Shown here piece after piece: positions 1 through 9,930 of a stretch of DNA of 49,635 nucleotides. How positions within the stretch are numbered: the first letter of the stretch is position 1; every line of letters begins with the position of its first letter. This DNA is from Patescibacteria group bacterium (GTDB lineage: Bacteria > Patescibacteriota > Patescibacteriia > UBA9934 > GWF2-40-263), in NCBI GenBank assembly GCA_018814025.1, contig JAHJAM010000014.1, forward strand, positions 1-49,635. Direction: 5' to 3'. A model generated the notes under the pieces. The model did not search any database. It saw only the letters and a list, made by a program, of their open reading frames with translations, and was not told the DNA's origin. The position numbers and the translations under genes were made by a program.

Positions 1-28
1 CAACGGCTCGAATCATTAATTCAGAACT

Positions 29-56
29 AAAAAACACCCCGCCGGGGGGGTTTTTT
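29..56. terminator. Intrinsic terminator (bidirectional-type) downstream of rpmB
   Basis: AAAAAACACCCC-GCC-GGGGGGGTTTTTT hairpin with A/T tracts on both sides. Confidence 0.7.
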
Positions 57-60
57 GATT

Positions 61-303
61 TTACTGCAGGGCTTCTTTGGACATTTTGGCTAAGTCGGAT
101 TTCTTGCCTTCTTGATCCCATTTCTTCAGGGTCCGCATGCCGCGGGTGCTAATCCAAACCGTAACCTTGCGTCCAGTGGCCGGATTCAAAAGCTTGCGCT
201 TTTGCAAATTCGGCTTTAATTGGCGCTTGGTTTTGACGTTTGAGTGGCTCACGTTGTTGCCAACGATGACTTTTTTTCCTGTAACTACGCAACTTTTTCC
301 CAT
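61..303 (-). CDS. rpmB: 50S ribosomal protein L28
   Basis: MGKSCVVTGKK..GNNVSHSNVKTKR..KPNLQ, typical L28 motifs. Confidence 0.95.
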   Translation of the reverse strand: MGKSCVVTGKKVIVGNNVSHSNVKTKRQLKPNLQKRKLLNPATGRKVTVWISTRGMRTLKKWDQEGKKSDLAKMSKEALQ

Positions 304-457
304 ACCCAGTAGTACAACTTCGATCTTTTTACTCTAGTTAAATAGATGAAGTTGCATCCTTGTTAGACTAAATAAACGTATGTTTGGTTTAAAACCCTTT
401 ACTCCAGCCCAGTGTTTGTAAAAAGGCCAACTTCATCGAAGTTGTACTACTGGGCAT
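302..457 (-). promoter_or_regulatory. Structured rpmB 5' leader: long inverted repeat whose 3' arm includes the rpmB start codon; contains a 22-codon uORF (457..389)
   Basis: 305-324 CCCAGTAGTACAACTTCGAT is the exact reverse complement of 435-454; minus-strand promoter lies just upstream. Confidence 0.55.
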
Positions 458-480
458 ATAGATATTTTTCAAGTACTGGA

Positions 481-509
481 ATTATAGGGCAAACCCGGAT
501 TTTTGGCAA
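481..509 (-). promoter_or_regulatory. Sigma70-type promoter for rpmB
   Basis: Minus strand TTGCCA-17 nt-TATAAT. Confidence 0.65.
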
Positions 510-581
510 TAGATCCGGATAATTTGAGAATTATGGTAGAATAATCGCAAATCATTAAATTGTCAGCAGACAAACAAATCT

Positions 582-743
582 ATGTCCGACCGCAAAAAAA
601 GTTCGTTTTTTCGAAAGGTGCCTGTTTCTTGGTATGTTATCTTGCTGATTTTGATTATTGGCGCGGTCGGATTGATGGTCACCGCACCTGAGTCTTTTCC
701 GGCTCAGCCGACCCCCGCTGAGGCCCCGAGCCTGACCTTTTAA
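582..743 (+). CDS. Small single-pass membrane protein (53 aa; not in ORF track)
   Basis: MSDRKKSSFFRKVPVSWYVILLILIIGAVGLMVTAPESFPAQPTPAEAPSLTF*: basic N-terminus plus hydrophobic helix; ends 14 nt before the next gene. Confidence 0.6.
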   Translation: MSDRKKSSFFRKVPVSWYVILLILIIGAVGLMVTAPESFPAQPTPAEAPSLTF

Positions 744-757
744 TCTCGGCCAAACTA

Positions 758-1315
758 ATGCCCATTCTCACCACTGCCACCGCCGCTGTCGCCTATCGAA
801 TCCGCTATTCTAATCGGGCCAGGAATTTGAGCATCACGGTTAATTGGAACGGCGATTGCGAGGTGATTGTGCCCAGCCGCCGCTGGATCAGCGCCCAAGC
901 CGTTGACCGCTTTTTGCAAACGCAAGCTCCTTGGATTGTCCGCCAAGTGACGCGTTTGAAAAAGAACGTTCATAAAATTCCCTTGTCTCACCAAGGAATT
1001 TCCACGCAAAAAGTCGCGGATCAAACTCGCGACTTGTTAAACCGCGTCCTGGATAATTTCGGTCCGGAGTTTTCTTACGCCGGACTCAAAGTTCGCGCTT
1101 ATAAATCCCGCTGGGGCAGCTGCGACGTCAAGCACCGGCTTTGTTTTAACTACAAGCTCTCGCTGCTGCCGGCTGAGTTGTCTGAATATATCGTGATTCA
1201 CGAGCTTTGCCACACCCGGCATCTGAATCATTCAAAAAACTTTTGGTCCGCGGTCGAAGTTTATTGTCCGGATTACCGGTCTCGTCGCAAAGAATTGAAA
1301 AAGTATCTAATATAA
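758..1315 (+). CDS. YgjP/DUF45-like zinc metallohydrolase (M48/SprT-like)
   Basis: KSRWGSC and YIVIHELCHTRHLNHSKNFW (HExxH) motifs. Confidence 0.9.
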   Translation: MPILTTATAAVAYRIRYSNRARNLSITVNWNGDCEVIVPSRRWISAQAVDRFLQTQAPWIVRQVTRLKKNVHKIPLSHQGISTQKVADQTRDLLNRVLDNFGPEFSYAGLKVRAYKSRWGSCDVKHRLCFNYKLSLLPAELSEYIVIHELCHTRHLNHSKNFWSAVEVYCPDYRSRRKELKKYLI

Positions 1316-1353
1316 GTGCTTCCGCCCGCAACTTGTGTTATAATTTAGTCACT

Positions 1354-2091
1354 ATGACTTCAGGAGGAAGTTTTGAATTTGGGGGCAGCGGCGATGATCT
1401 TTGCCGCATTCCCATGCCTCACGAGGAGGATCACAAAACCGAAAAGCAGCCGCCGCGCATGTATGAATTGACTTGGCGGATTTTTCGAATTATGTCCGAA
1501 TTCGTGGAAGGCTTTCAGTTCCTTTCTCAATCCGAAAAGGAAGTCACGATTTTCGGTTCCGCTCGCTTCAAACAGTTTAACAAGTGGTATCGCGAAGCTC
1601 GCAAGCTCGGCCAGCTTTTGGCCCAGGGCGGCTTTACCGTGGTGACGGGCGGCGGTCCCGGCATCATGGAAGCGGCCAATCGCGGCGCCGGCGAAAAAGG
1701 CGGGGTTTCCATCGGTTTGAATATTCAGCTGCCGGCTGAACAGCGCATCAACAAATATGTCAATCGCGGCCGCGGCTTTCATTATTTCTTCACTCGCAAA
1801 GTCATGCTGGCCGCTTCGGCTCAGGCTTACGTATTTTTTCCCGGCGGCTTCGGCACTTTGGATGAGCTTTTTGAAATGATCGTTTTGATCCAAACCAAAA
1901 AAGCTCAGCGCGTGCCCATTGTTTTGGTCGGGCATGAATTTTGGGATCCGCTCACCGACTGGATTGATCAGATGCTGGTCAAGACGCAAAAAACCGTGAG
2001 CCGGCAAGATTGCCAAATCTACACTGTGGTCAATACGGCCAAGCAGGCTTATGACCTGATCAAAGATTCTCAAGAAAGGACTTTCTTTTAA
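1354..2091 (+). CDS. LOG-family (TIGR00730-like) nucleotide phosphoribohydrolase
   Basis: VTIFGSAR, TGGGPGIMEAANRG, FFTRKVM, PGGFGTLDE; start placed at ATG 1354 just after a TATAAT. Confidence 0.9.
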   Translation: MTSGGSFEFGGSGDDLCRIPMPHEEDHKTEKQPPRMYELTWRIFRIMSEFVEGFQFLSQSEKEVTIFGSARFKQFNKWYREARKLGQLLAQGGFTVVTGGGPGIMEAANRGAGEKGGVSIGLNIQLPAEQRINKYVNRGRGFHYFFTRKVMLAASAQAYVFFPGGFGTLDELFEMIVLIQTKKAQRVPIVLVGHEFWDPLTDWIDQMLVKTQKTVSRQDCQIYTVVNTAKQAYDLIKDSQERTFF

Positions 2092-2092
2092 T

Positions 2093-3448
2093 ATGCCAGC
2101 CAATCATACTCACGAACGAAAAATTACCAAAGATGCCTATGTCATTGACGTGAACATGGGCTATGGCCATTCCCGGCCCGCTCATTGTTTGACTGACATT
2201 TCCGGCGGGAAAGTCATTTCCGCCAATGATTATCCGGGCATTCCGGAGAAAGATAAGAAAATGTGGCGTGATTCCCGGCAAGCTTACGAAACCATTTCGC
2301 GCTTAAAGCCGATTCCGATCATTGGTGATCTGGCTTTTGGCGCCATGGACCGCATTCAAAAAATTCACTCCTTTTATCCGCGTCGTGATTTGTCTCGACC
2401 CAATCTCCAGTTGTTGCAGATCTATCATTGGTTGAAACAAGGCCTGGGCCGGCATTTGATTGCCCAATTGAGCCGTGATCCTAAGCCGATAGTCACCACT
2501 TTTTTCGTGCCGGCTTTCTTTGCCGAAGATAACGATTACCCGGGCGACATTTACTGCATCACCACGGACGCGGACATTAGCCGCACCTGGGCGCCTCTGC
2601 ATCCGAAAAAAAGCCGCATCAAATATATCGCCAGCAACGGCCGGGTCAAAGAGCGTCTGCAGCTCTATGGCGTTAAGGAAAATCAAATTTATTTGACCGG
2701 TTTTCCTTTACCCAAAGAATTAGTCGGCGGTTATCCGGATAATCAATTGCGCGCGCTGCTCAATGATCGCATGTGCAACCTGGATCCGCGCGGAATTTTT
2801 CATGAGCGGTATGATGATTTGCTCAAAGCCAAGTTCGGGTCTGATACTTGCCACCGGCGCTCAATCAAGCGGCCTTTAACTTTGCTTTATATGCTCGGCG
2901 GCGCCGGCGCCCAAAAACAATTGGCCTTGAACATCATGCAGAGTTTGAAAGCGAAAATTAAGCGCCACGAAATTCGCTTAATCATCGTGCCGGGCACGCG
3001 CCATGACATTGCCGAAATATTCACCCAAGAAGCCAAAGCCCTGGGGCTCAAGAAAGAGTTGGGGGAGTGGCTCGTGATTCCCACTTTTTCTTCCCGGGCC
3101 GCTTATTTCAAGGGCTTTAACAAGCTTTTGATGCAGACCGACATTATCTGGACCAAACCCAGCGAAATGTCTTTTTACACGGCTTTGGGTTTTCCGATTA
3201 TTATGTCCGAGCCCATCGGCTCGCAAGAAAAGTTCAATCGCGTTTGGCTGCGCTACCTGGGCGGGGGCATGTCCATGGAAAATCCCAAGTACACCAATGA
3301 ATGGCTGTTTGATTGGGTAAATTCCGGCGGCTTGGCCCGCATGGCCTGGAGCGGCTATATTGAAGCGCCCACCCACGGCACCTATCGCATTGAAGATCTG
3401 GTGCTCGGCCGCGAAAGCGAAATCCATCCTCTGCCGCTCATTGTTTAG
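2093..3448 (+). CDS. Conserved hypothetical protein, GT-B/glycosyltransferase-like
   Basis: MGYGH N-terminal motif, TGFPLP, GGAGAQ, WTKPSE, PIGSQE resemble the GT-B (MGDG synthase-like) fold. Confidence 0.6.
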   Translation: MPANHTHERKITKDAYVIDVNMGYGHSRPAHCLTDISGGKVISANDYPGIPEKDKKMWRDSRQAYETISRLKPIPIIGDLAFGAMDRIQKIHSFYPRRDLSRPNLQLLQIYHWLKQGLGRHLIAQLSRDPKPIVTTFFVPAFFAEDNDYPGDIYCITTDADISRTWAPLHPKKSRIKYIASNGRVKERLQLYGVKENQIYLTGFPLPKELVGGYPDNQLRALLNDRMCNLDPRGIFHERYDDLLKAKFGSDTCHRRSIKRPLTLLYMLGGAGAQKQLALNIMQSLKAKIKRHEIRLIIVPGTRHDIAEIFTQEAKALGLKKELGEWLVIPTFSSRAAYFKGFNKLLMQTDIIWTKPSEMSFYTALGFPIIMSEPIGSQEKFNRVWLRYLGGGMSMENPKYTNEWLFDWVNSGGLARMAWSGYIEAPTHGTYRIEDLVLGRESEIHPLPLIV

Positions 3449-3477
3449 CTTGTTTTCTTGCCCCAAGCCAGCACCGG

Positions 3478-5610
3478 ATGGTTGGCTTGGTTTTTACAGT
3501 TTTAACCTGCAAACATATCTCGTCCGCGAATTCTTTTGAAAGAAATTCTATAATCTCAATCTGGTGTCTGGGCGCCGTCCTGGTCACCTGGTTTGTTTTC
3601 TTGCTGTTTCCGGGGGAGTTTTTCCACAGATACACTTTTGTTTTATCCGTGGTTCCTCCCCTGACCGCCTTCTGGGTGGTGGCGGTCATTATCCGGCGCT
3701 TAATTACGCGGCAGATTCAATTGAAAACCGAAATCAATTGGCTCTTCAGCCTGGCCCTGGCCTTCCTGTTTTTTGGTTTCTATTCTTTGACCTGGATTCT
3801 TTTCACCCGCCAATTCGGTTTCACCTCAGCCCTCAATTCTTTGCTTCATCTTTTCAGTATTGGGATGCTGGCTGGCGTCTTGTTCGCTATTCATTTCAAA
3901 CTGAAAGTCCAATTGGTTCAGCATGGTTTTTCCATCAAAAAAAGCCAGCGCTGGATATTCACTTATTACACCTGGCCATTCATTGTTCTGGGCGCGTTAG
4001 TCGGCTTCTTTTTGATGATTGGGAACGTCTTTGAAGCCGCGGAAATCTTCTATTCCGGCACTACTCTGTTATGGTTGTGGGGCGCCATTCTTTTGCTTAA
4101 GCAGGCAGCAAACCCAACCGCCCGCCAAGCTCTGTTTTCTTTTCTCGCCAGCAGCCTTGTCTTTTCTGTTGCCTCGATTCTCTATGGTTGGCAATTAAGA
4201 TTTGGTGCTTATCGCTTCGGCGGGTTGGTTGATTGGCTGCACGGCCTGGGCGCCTTTCTACTCCTTTACTTTGTCTATTTGTATTTTCGCCTGCATCCAG
4301 TCAAGGCCGATAACACTCGGTATTTCTATCGCTTGCGCTATTGGATTCCCATCTTATTCGGGATCATTGCCTTGATCATTTCTTATGCCATTTACAGTTA
4401 TATTATTCACGAGTCCGTGGCTCTGTTTCCGCAAATCACCCTGGCTGACATTTGGCCGAGATTAATCTTTGAACTTACTCTGGTCTGGGTTGTGGCGGCG
4501 ATGATGTCGGTTTTGATCTACGTTCTGGTTTCCAAACAAGCCAGTCTTCATCGTCTTTTGCAGTCTCGAACTCTGAATTTGCGCCGTCGGGTAAATGATT
4601 TAGCCGACTCGAAATATTTTCTGGATAACGTCAACGACGGAATCGTGGTGGCTTCGCTTGCGGGGGAAATCAAATACGCCAACCAGACCAGCTCTCGCCT
4701 GTGTAATCGTTCTCTGAAAAAACTAAAGAATCAAAATCTCCATCGCCTGTTTCTCGCTTGCCAATCCGTCACTTTCGCTCAAGCCCGGCAAGTTTGCCAA
4801 AGCCAAGGGGTTTGGCATGGTGAATTTGAGCTTGCTCAACCTTCCGGTCGCCGCGTTTTGTCCGCATCTTTGCATTCTTTTGGACAAGATCCGCCTCGGC
4901 TCATGCTGGTGTCCAGCGATATCACCCAGCGCAAGCAGATTGAAGAAGATAAAACTCAGTTCGTGGCCTTTGTCGCTCACCAATTGCGCGAGCCTTTGGT
5001 GGAGATGCGCTGGCTGACCGAACAGCTGCTCACGGAAAAAATCAATCAATCAACCAAAGCCCACCTCAACATGCTTCATGAATCCGTGCTGCACGAAAAC
5101 GATTTTGTGCGGCAGCTGTTGGATATTTCGCGCTTGGAAAGAGGCATCTTGAAAATCGAAGCTCAACCGGTTGCCTGTGTTAAAATCGTGAAGCAAGCGG
5201 TTCAGCCGCTCCTGGCCAAAGCCGATCAATTCCAAGTTAAGATCATCTTTGATTCGATTCCTCAAGACCTTCAAGTTTTGACCGACCCAAATAAATTAGT
5301 GGAAGTACTGCGCAATCTGATTGATAACGCCATCAAATACACGCGGAAAAATTCAGAGATTCGCCTCCAAGCCGTTAAACGCGGGTCAGCGGTTGATTTT
5401 ATGGTTTGCGATCAAGGCCCGGGAATCCCGGCCGAACTGGCCGGCAAGATTTTTGAGATCAAAGGGCGGGGTGATAAACGGCACAAAAATTCCGGCGCCG
5501 GACTCGGTCTGCATTTCAGCCATCGCCTGGTTGAAGCCATGCACGGCCAAATCACTTTTGTTTCTTCCAACCAAGGTACGACTTTTACCGTGTCTTTACC
5601 CGCGCCTTGA
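3478..5610 (+). CDS. Membrane PAS-domain sensor histidine kinase
   Basis: Many N-terminal TM helices, PAS region, H-box AHQLREPL, N-box NLIDNAIKY, G-boxes DQGPG and GAGLGL; start uncertain. Confidence 0.88.
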   Translation: MVGLVFTVLTCKHISSANSFERNSIISIWCLGAVLVTWFVFLLFPGEFFHRYTFVLSVVPPLTAFWVVAVIIRRLITRQIQLKTEINWLFSLALAFLFFGFYSLTWILFTRQFGFTSALNSLLHLFSIGMLAGVLFAIHFKLKVQLVQHGFSIKKSQRWIFTYYTWPFIVLGALVGFFLMIGNVFEAAEIFYSGTTLLWLWGAILLLKQAANPTARQALFSFLASSLVFSVASILYGWQLRFGAYRFGGLVDWLHGLGAFLLLYFVYLYFRLHPVKADNTRYFYRLRYWIPILFGIIALIISYAIYSYIIHESVALFPQITLADIWPRLIFELTLVWVVAAMMSVLIYVLVSKQASLHRLLQSRTLNLRRRVNDLADSKYFLDNVNDGIVVASLAGEIKYANQTSSRLCNRSLKKLKNQNLHRLFLACQSVTFAQARQVCQSQGVWHGEFELAQPSGRRVLSASLHSFGQDPPRLMLVSSDITQRKQIEEDKTQFVAFVAHQLREPLVEMRWLTEQLLTEKINQSTKAHLNMLHESVLHENDFVRQLLDISRLERGILKIEAQPVACVKIVKQAVQPLLAKADQFQVKIIFDSIPQDLQVLTDPNKLVEVLRNLIDNAIKYTRKNSEIRLQAVKRGSAVDFMVCDQGPGIPAELAGKIFEIKGRGDKRHKNSGAGLGLHFSHRLVEAMHGQITFVSSNQGTTFTVSLPAP

Positions 5611-5658
5611 AATGATTTATGATTCGCCTGTTCCCATTGTTTGTAATTGAATCCGCTT

Positions 5659-5823
5659 ATGTCCGCCAAACTTGAAGCCTATTGCGTTAAGTGTCAAAAG
5701 AATCGGGAAATGATGGATAGTGAAAAAGTGAAAATTCCGATCAAAGGCGGCCAGACCCGGCCGGCTTGGAAAGGGGTCTGCGCTGTTTGCGGCACCGGCA
5801 TACATCTATTTATCACCAAATAA
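5659..5823 (+). CDS. Small zinc-ribbon protein, DUF5679-like (54 aa; not in ORF track)
   Basis: MSAKLEAYCVKCQKNREM...KGVCAVCGTGIHLFITK*: two CxxC motifs, followed by terminator-like hairpin ACCACCGC-CTA-GCGGTGGT. Confidence 0.8.
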   Translation: MSAKLEAYCVKCQKNREMMDSEKVKIPIKGGQTRPAWKGVCAVCGTGIHLFITK

Positions 5824-5894
5824 ATTACCCACCCACCACCGCCTAGCGGTGGTTTGTTTTTCGCTGGTCAAAATCCGCATTTCTTAGTATCATT

Positions 5895-7481
5895 ATGAGT
5901 AATATGAGCAAAAATCTCGATCAGTTCTTAGCCGCGCTCGCGCGTGCCCAAGCACCCCAATTCGACGAAAAGGAGGAAAGAATCGCGGTCAGCGACACGG
6001 TTTCCGTGGCCGCTTCCGTTTACGAAAATATCCGCAACACCCTCGAGTATGATGAAGAGCATCTGTTGCGGCGCAACGCCATTCGCCGCATTTTAAAGCG
6101 CCGTCTGGCCGAAGAAGACCGCGAAGCTTTAGCCGGCGATCTATTGCGCGAACTGATTTGGGCTCGCTATTTGCCTAACAAAAAAATCCCCGAAAGTTTA
6201 ATCGGCACCCTGGCTCAAGTCTTTGCCAAATATCATCCCTTGTTCGAAAATCTGGAATCGGATTCCCAGTCCGGCGGCCAGCATTATCAATGGCTGCTTG
6301 ATGTCTTATCCACGGAAATCGAATATCTGGTTTCCCCGCCCTTAGCCGATGAGGCTTTGGCCAGTTTTGCTTATCAAGAATTAAAATCTCGTTTGGAATG
6401 GCATGGCGGCTTGGTTAAGGATGAAGATCGCGATTTGCAGCTTTACGCGGCCGTGCATCGCACCGTGCTCAAATCCAACAACGCCACTTTGCGCTTCCGC
6501 TTGCTGACTTTGTATTATCCGGAATGGCTCAAGGCCGGCCCCAACGATTCCGTGGTGGCTGAAATTGCCAACCATCTCGACACGGTCATCGACTCGGTGG
6601 AAAAACAAATCAGCCATCCGGCCGCGGATTCCATGTTCCGGTTAGTTCGGGGCTACGCCGTGGTTTTCCATCTATTGCGCGATATTGCCGAAGATGATCC
6701 GTCCGCTTTCGCCCAAGCCGTGGTGCAAAAAGACACTGCGTCTTTGGAACGAGCCATCGGCAAAGCCGCCAAAGTCCGCTACGAGCGTTTTTACGCGCGC
6801 CAGCGCCGCGGCGTTTTCCGCGCCGTCACTTTCTTGTTCTTGAGCAAATTCGTCCTGGCCTTGCTGATTGAAATGCCTTACGAACGCTTAATTTTGCAAA
6901 CCACCAACTGGCTGCCCTTAACCGTCAACGTGATTTTCCATCCTTTGTTGCTCGGCCTCATCGGCTTAACCGTGAATATCCCCCAAAAGAAAAATACGGC
7001 CAGAATCACGGAACTGGCTTTGGGTGTGTTGCGGGTGGGTGATGACTTCAATGTCAATTTCCGGGTTCGCCGGCCCTGGGCCAAAGGCGCGCTGGCTCAG
7101 GTTTTTCGCCTGCTCTACACGGCTTTCTTCCTCTTGACCATCGGCGTGATCTCTTACATTCTGCATGGCTTTGACTTCAATTACGTTTCCATTGCCTTCT
7201 TCTTGTTCTTCTTGAGCTTGGTGACCTATTTCGGGCTCAAGGTCCGCAATCGCCGCCGCGAGCTCGTGATTATCGACACCGAGAGCGGTTTTTTTGCAAC
7301 CTTGATCGATATTCTTTTTTTGCCCATCATCCGCGCCGGCCGCTGGATGGCGCTCAAAGCCCCGCGCATTAACATCTTTCTTTTCTTTTTTGATTTCATT
7401 GTCGAGGCTCCTTTTAAAGCCGCCATTCGCTTAATCGAAGGCTGGCTGGCCTTCCTCAAAGAAAAGCGCGAAGAGATCTAA
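5895..7481 (+). CDS. Conserved hypothetical protein with C-terminal TM helices
   Basis: 528-aa ORF, EEHLLRRNAIRRIL motif, hydrophobic C-terminal third. Confidence 0.75.
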   Translation: MSNMSKNLDQFLAALARAQAPQFDEKEERIAVSDTVSVAASVYENIRNTLEYDEEHLLRRNAIRRILKRRLAEEDREALAGDLLRELIWARYLPNKKIPESLIGTLAQVFAKYHPLFENLESDSQSGGQHYQWLLDVLSTEIEYLVSPPLADEALASFAYQELKSRLEWHGGLVKDEDRDLQLYAAVHRTVLKSNNATLRFRLLTLYYPEWLKAGPNDSVVAEIANHLDTVIDSVEKQISHPAADSMFRLVRGYAVVFHLLRDIAEDDPSAFAQAVVQKDTASLERAIGKAAKVRYERFYARQRRGVFRAVTFLFLSKFVLALLIEMPYERLILQTTNWLPLTVNVIFHPLLLGLIGLTVNIPQKKNTARITELALGVLRVGDDFNVNFRVRRPWAKGALAQVFRLLYTAFFLLTIGVISYILHGFDFNYVSIAFFLFFLSLVTYFGLKVRNRRRELVIIDTESGFFATLIDILFLPIIRAGRWMALKAPRINIFLFFFDFIVEAPFKAAIRLIEGWLAFLKEKREEI

Positions 7482-7483
7482 TT

Positions 7484-8488
7484 ATGAACATCGTTTTGCA
7501 TCGCCACCAGAGAAAATGGCCCCTAACCGTTGTTGGGGTTATTTTTATTGTGCTGATCTTGGTGGGCATTTATTTTCTCTTCAATCGGCCGGTCAAAGGC
7601 GATCAGCTGTTCGGCCTGACTTACTCCGTTCAATATGCGGAAGATTTGGGCCTCGATTCCCACGCCGCTTTTTTGGCTTTGTTGGAAGATCTTGAAGTCA
7701 AGCGCGTTCGTCTGCCTTTTTATTGGTCGCGCATCGAAGCGCAGAACGACCATTACGATTGGCGGGAAATGGATTGGTATATCAAGCAAGCCGAAGATCA
7801 CGGCGTAGAAATTACCGCGGCCATCGGCCGCAAAGTGCCGCGCTGGCCCGAGTGTTTTATTCCGGATTGGGCCGAAACCCTGGAGGGAGATTATTTGCAC
7901 GCGGAATTAATGGCATATTTGGAAGCTCTGGTCACGCGCTACCAAGGCTCCTCAGCCATCGTGCGCTGGCAAGTGGAAAATGAAGCTTTTTTCCCTTTTG
8001 GTGTTTGCCCGCGGCCGGATGTGGATCAGCATTTGGCTGAGCTTACGTTAGTTCGTTCTTTAGACGATCGGCCGATACAAGCCACGGTCAGCGGGGAATT
8101 GGAACCTTGGTTTGATGCCGCGGCCTTGGCCGATGTGCTGGGCATTTCCATGTATCGCGTGACCTGGAATGATTTTTTCGGCTATTTCTTCTATCCCATT
8201 TCCCCAAGCTTTTATGCCGCGCGCGCCAACAGTGTGCGTCCTTTAGTGGATCGGGTGATCATCTCCGAACTCCAAGCCGAGCCTTGGTTCCCCGAACCCA
8301 TGGACCGGCGCACGCCGGCGCAGTGGTATCAAGTCTTTGATGCGGACATGATGCGCAAAAATATTTATTTCGCCGAGCAGACCGGCTTGGACGAAGTGTA
8401 TCTCTGGGGCGCGGAATGGTGGTATTTTCTAAAAATCAACGGTGAAGACGGCTTGTGGAATGTGGCCCGCGAAGCGTTCGCAAAATAA
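7484..8488 (+). CDS. Membrane-anchored clan GH-A glycoside hydrolase (GH5/GH42-like)
   Basis: N-terminal TM helix, RLPFYWSRIE, WQVENE (acid/base), ISELQAEPW (nucleophile). Confidence 0.75.
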   Translation: MNIVLHRHQRKWPLTVVGVIFIVLILVGIYFLFNRPVKGDQLFGLTYSVQYAEDLGLDSHAAFLALLEDLEVKRVRLPFYWSRIEAQNDHYDWREMDWYIKQAEDHGVEITAAIGRKVPRWPECFIPDWAETLEGDYLHAELMAYLEALVTRYQGSSAIVRWQVENEAFFPFGVCPRPDVDQHLAELTLVRSLDDRPIQATVSGELEPWFDAAALADVLGISMYRVTWNDFFGYFFYPISPSFYAARANSVRPLVDRVIISELQAEPWFPEPMDRRTPAQWYQVFDADMMRKNIYFAEQTGLDEVYLWGAEWWYFLKINGEDGLWNVAREAFAK

Positions 8489-8494
8489 TATCTT

Positions 8495-9907
8495 ATGACT
8501 AAAACTCAAAACTTTGATGTCGTGATCATCGGTTCCGGTTCCGCGGGTTTTTCCGCGGCCGAAGCCGCGCGCGCCCTAGGCGCCAGCGTTTGTTTAATCG
8601 AAAAAGATAAATTCGGCGGCGAATGTCCCAATTATGCCTGTATTCCCAGCAAGGCTTGGCTCAAAGCCGCCAAAGTCTATCGCTCGGCCAAGCAGTCGCG
8701 CGAATACGGCGTCTCCTGCCAGGGGATTGGAGTGGATTTTGAAGCCATGGTCAAGTATCGGGAAAAGGTGGTCAGCTCCATTACTGGCGGCGCGCACGGC
8801 GAGCGTTATCAAAAAATTGCCCAGCAATTGAACATTACCTTAATCATCGGATCAGCCGCCTTGATTGATGAGCACACGCTCGAAGTCGGCCATACCCTCA
8901 TCAAAGGCAAAAGCCTGATAATCGCCACTGGTACGGTGGATTATCTGCCGCCCATTTCCGGTTTGGATCAGGCCCATTTTCTGGGTTGGAAACAAGCTCT
9001 GCTACAAAAGCGCCAGCCCAAATCCATGGCCATTATCGGCGGCGGCGCCGTGGGCAGCGAACTGGCCACTTTTTTCGGCACCTTAGGCACCCGAGTTTTG
9101 CTTTTTGAATTCACGCCCACGATTTTGCCCAAGGAAGATGAAGAGTTAGCTCGGCTGGCGCATCAAGCCCTCAAAACCCATAACGTTGAAGTTTTTGGCA
9201 GTGCGCGGATTCTGGAAGTGATTGACGGCCGTGGCGGCGTTTATGGCTTAAAAGTCGAACAAGGCGGGGCCGTGCAAACCCACGCGGTCGAACAAGTGGT
9301 GGTGGCCGCGGGCCGGCGCTCAAATGTCGCTGATTTGAATCTGGAATCGACCGGTGTGGCTTTGGATGATCGCCAGACCATCAAAACCGATGATGAACAG
9401 CGCACCAATGTCCGTCACATTTTCGCGGCCGGGGACGTGGATGGGGGACTGCAATTGACCCATACCGCCCACCGCGAAGGCGCGGTGGCCGGCCACAACG
9501 CCGCTCTGCAGGCCCTGGGCAAGCGCGCGGAAAAAATGAAATCCGATTTGCGGGTTGTGCCGCGCGTCACCTTCGTTGATCCAGAGGTCGCTTCCGTGGG
9601 CCAAACCAGTCAAGAATTAAAAGCCAAAATGGGCCAGCTGCTCGTCGGCCGTTACGCCATTGCCAATTTGGGCCGGGCCGTGACTGATAATCAAAAACAA
9701 GGACTGGTCAAAATCATCGCTCATCCCAAAACCAGAAAAATCCTAGGCTGCCACATCATGAGTCCGCACGCCGGGGAAATGATCCACGAAGCCGCTTTGG
9801 CCATGCATTTGAATACGACCGTTGATAAACTCGGTTCCCTGATTCACGCATTCCCAACCTACTCCGAAGCCCTCATGGCCGCAGCTAACAGTGTTGAACT
9901 TGAGTAG
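8495..9907 (+). CDS. Class I pyridine nucleotide-disulfide oxidoreductase (dihydrolipoamide dehydrogenase/MerA-like)
   Basis: GSGSAG FAD motif, GGECPNYACIPSK redox disulfide, GGGAVG, AAGD, HAFPTYSE. Confidence 0.9.
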   Translation: MTKTQNFDVVIIGSGSAGFSAAEAARALGASVCLIEKDKFGGECPNYACIPSKAWLKAAKVYRSAKQSREYGVSCQGIGVDFEAMVKYREKVVSSITGGAHGERYQKIAQQLNITLIIGSAALIDEHTLEVGHTLIKGKSLIIATGTVDYLPPISGLDQAHFLGWKQALLQKRQPKSMAIIGGGAVGSELATFFGTLGTRVLLFEFTPTILPKEDEELARLAHQALKTHNVEVFGSARILEVIDGRGGVYGLKVEQGGAVQTHAVEQVVVAAGRRSNVADLNLESTGVALDDRQTIKTDDEQRTNVRHIFAAGDVDGGLQLTHTAHREGAVAGHNAALQALGKRAEKMKSDLRVVPRVTFVDPEVASVGQTSQELKAKMGQLLVGRYAIANLGRAVTDNQKQGLVKIIAHPKTRKILGCHIMSPHAGEMIHEAALAMHLNTTVDKLGSLIHAFPTYSEALMAAANSVELE

Positions 9908-9930
9908 GAATTTGTTATAATCACCGCGTT

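Noticed and set aside
8495-9907. Mercuric reductase MerA
   Set aside because: No C-terminal Cys-Cys pair and no neighbouring mer genes.
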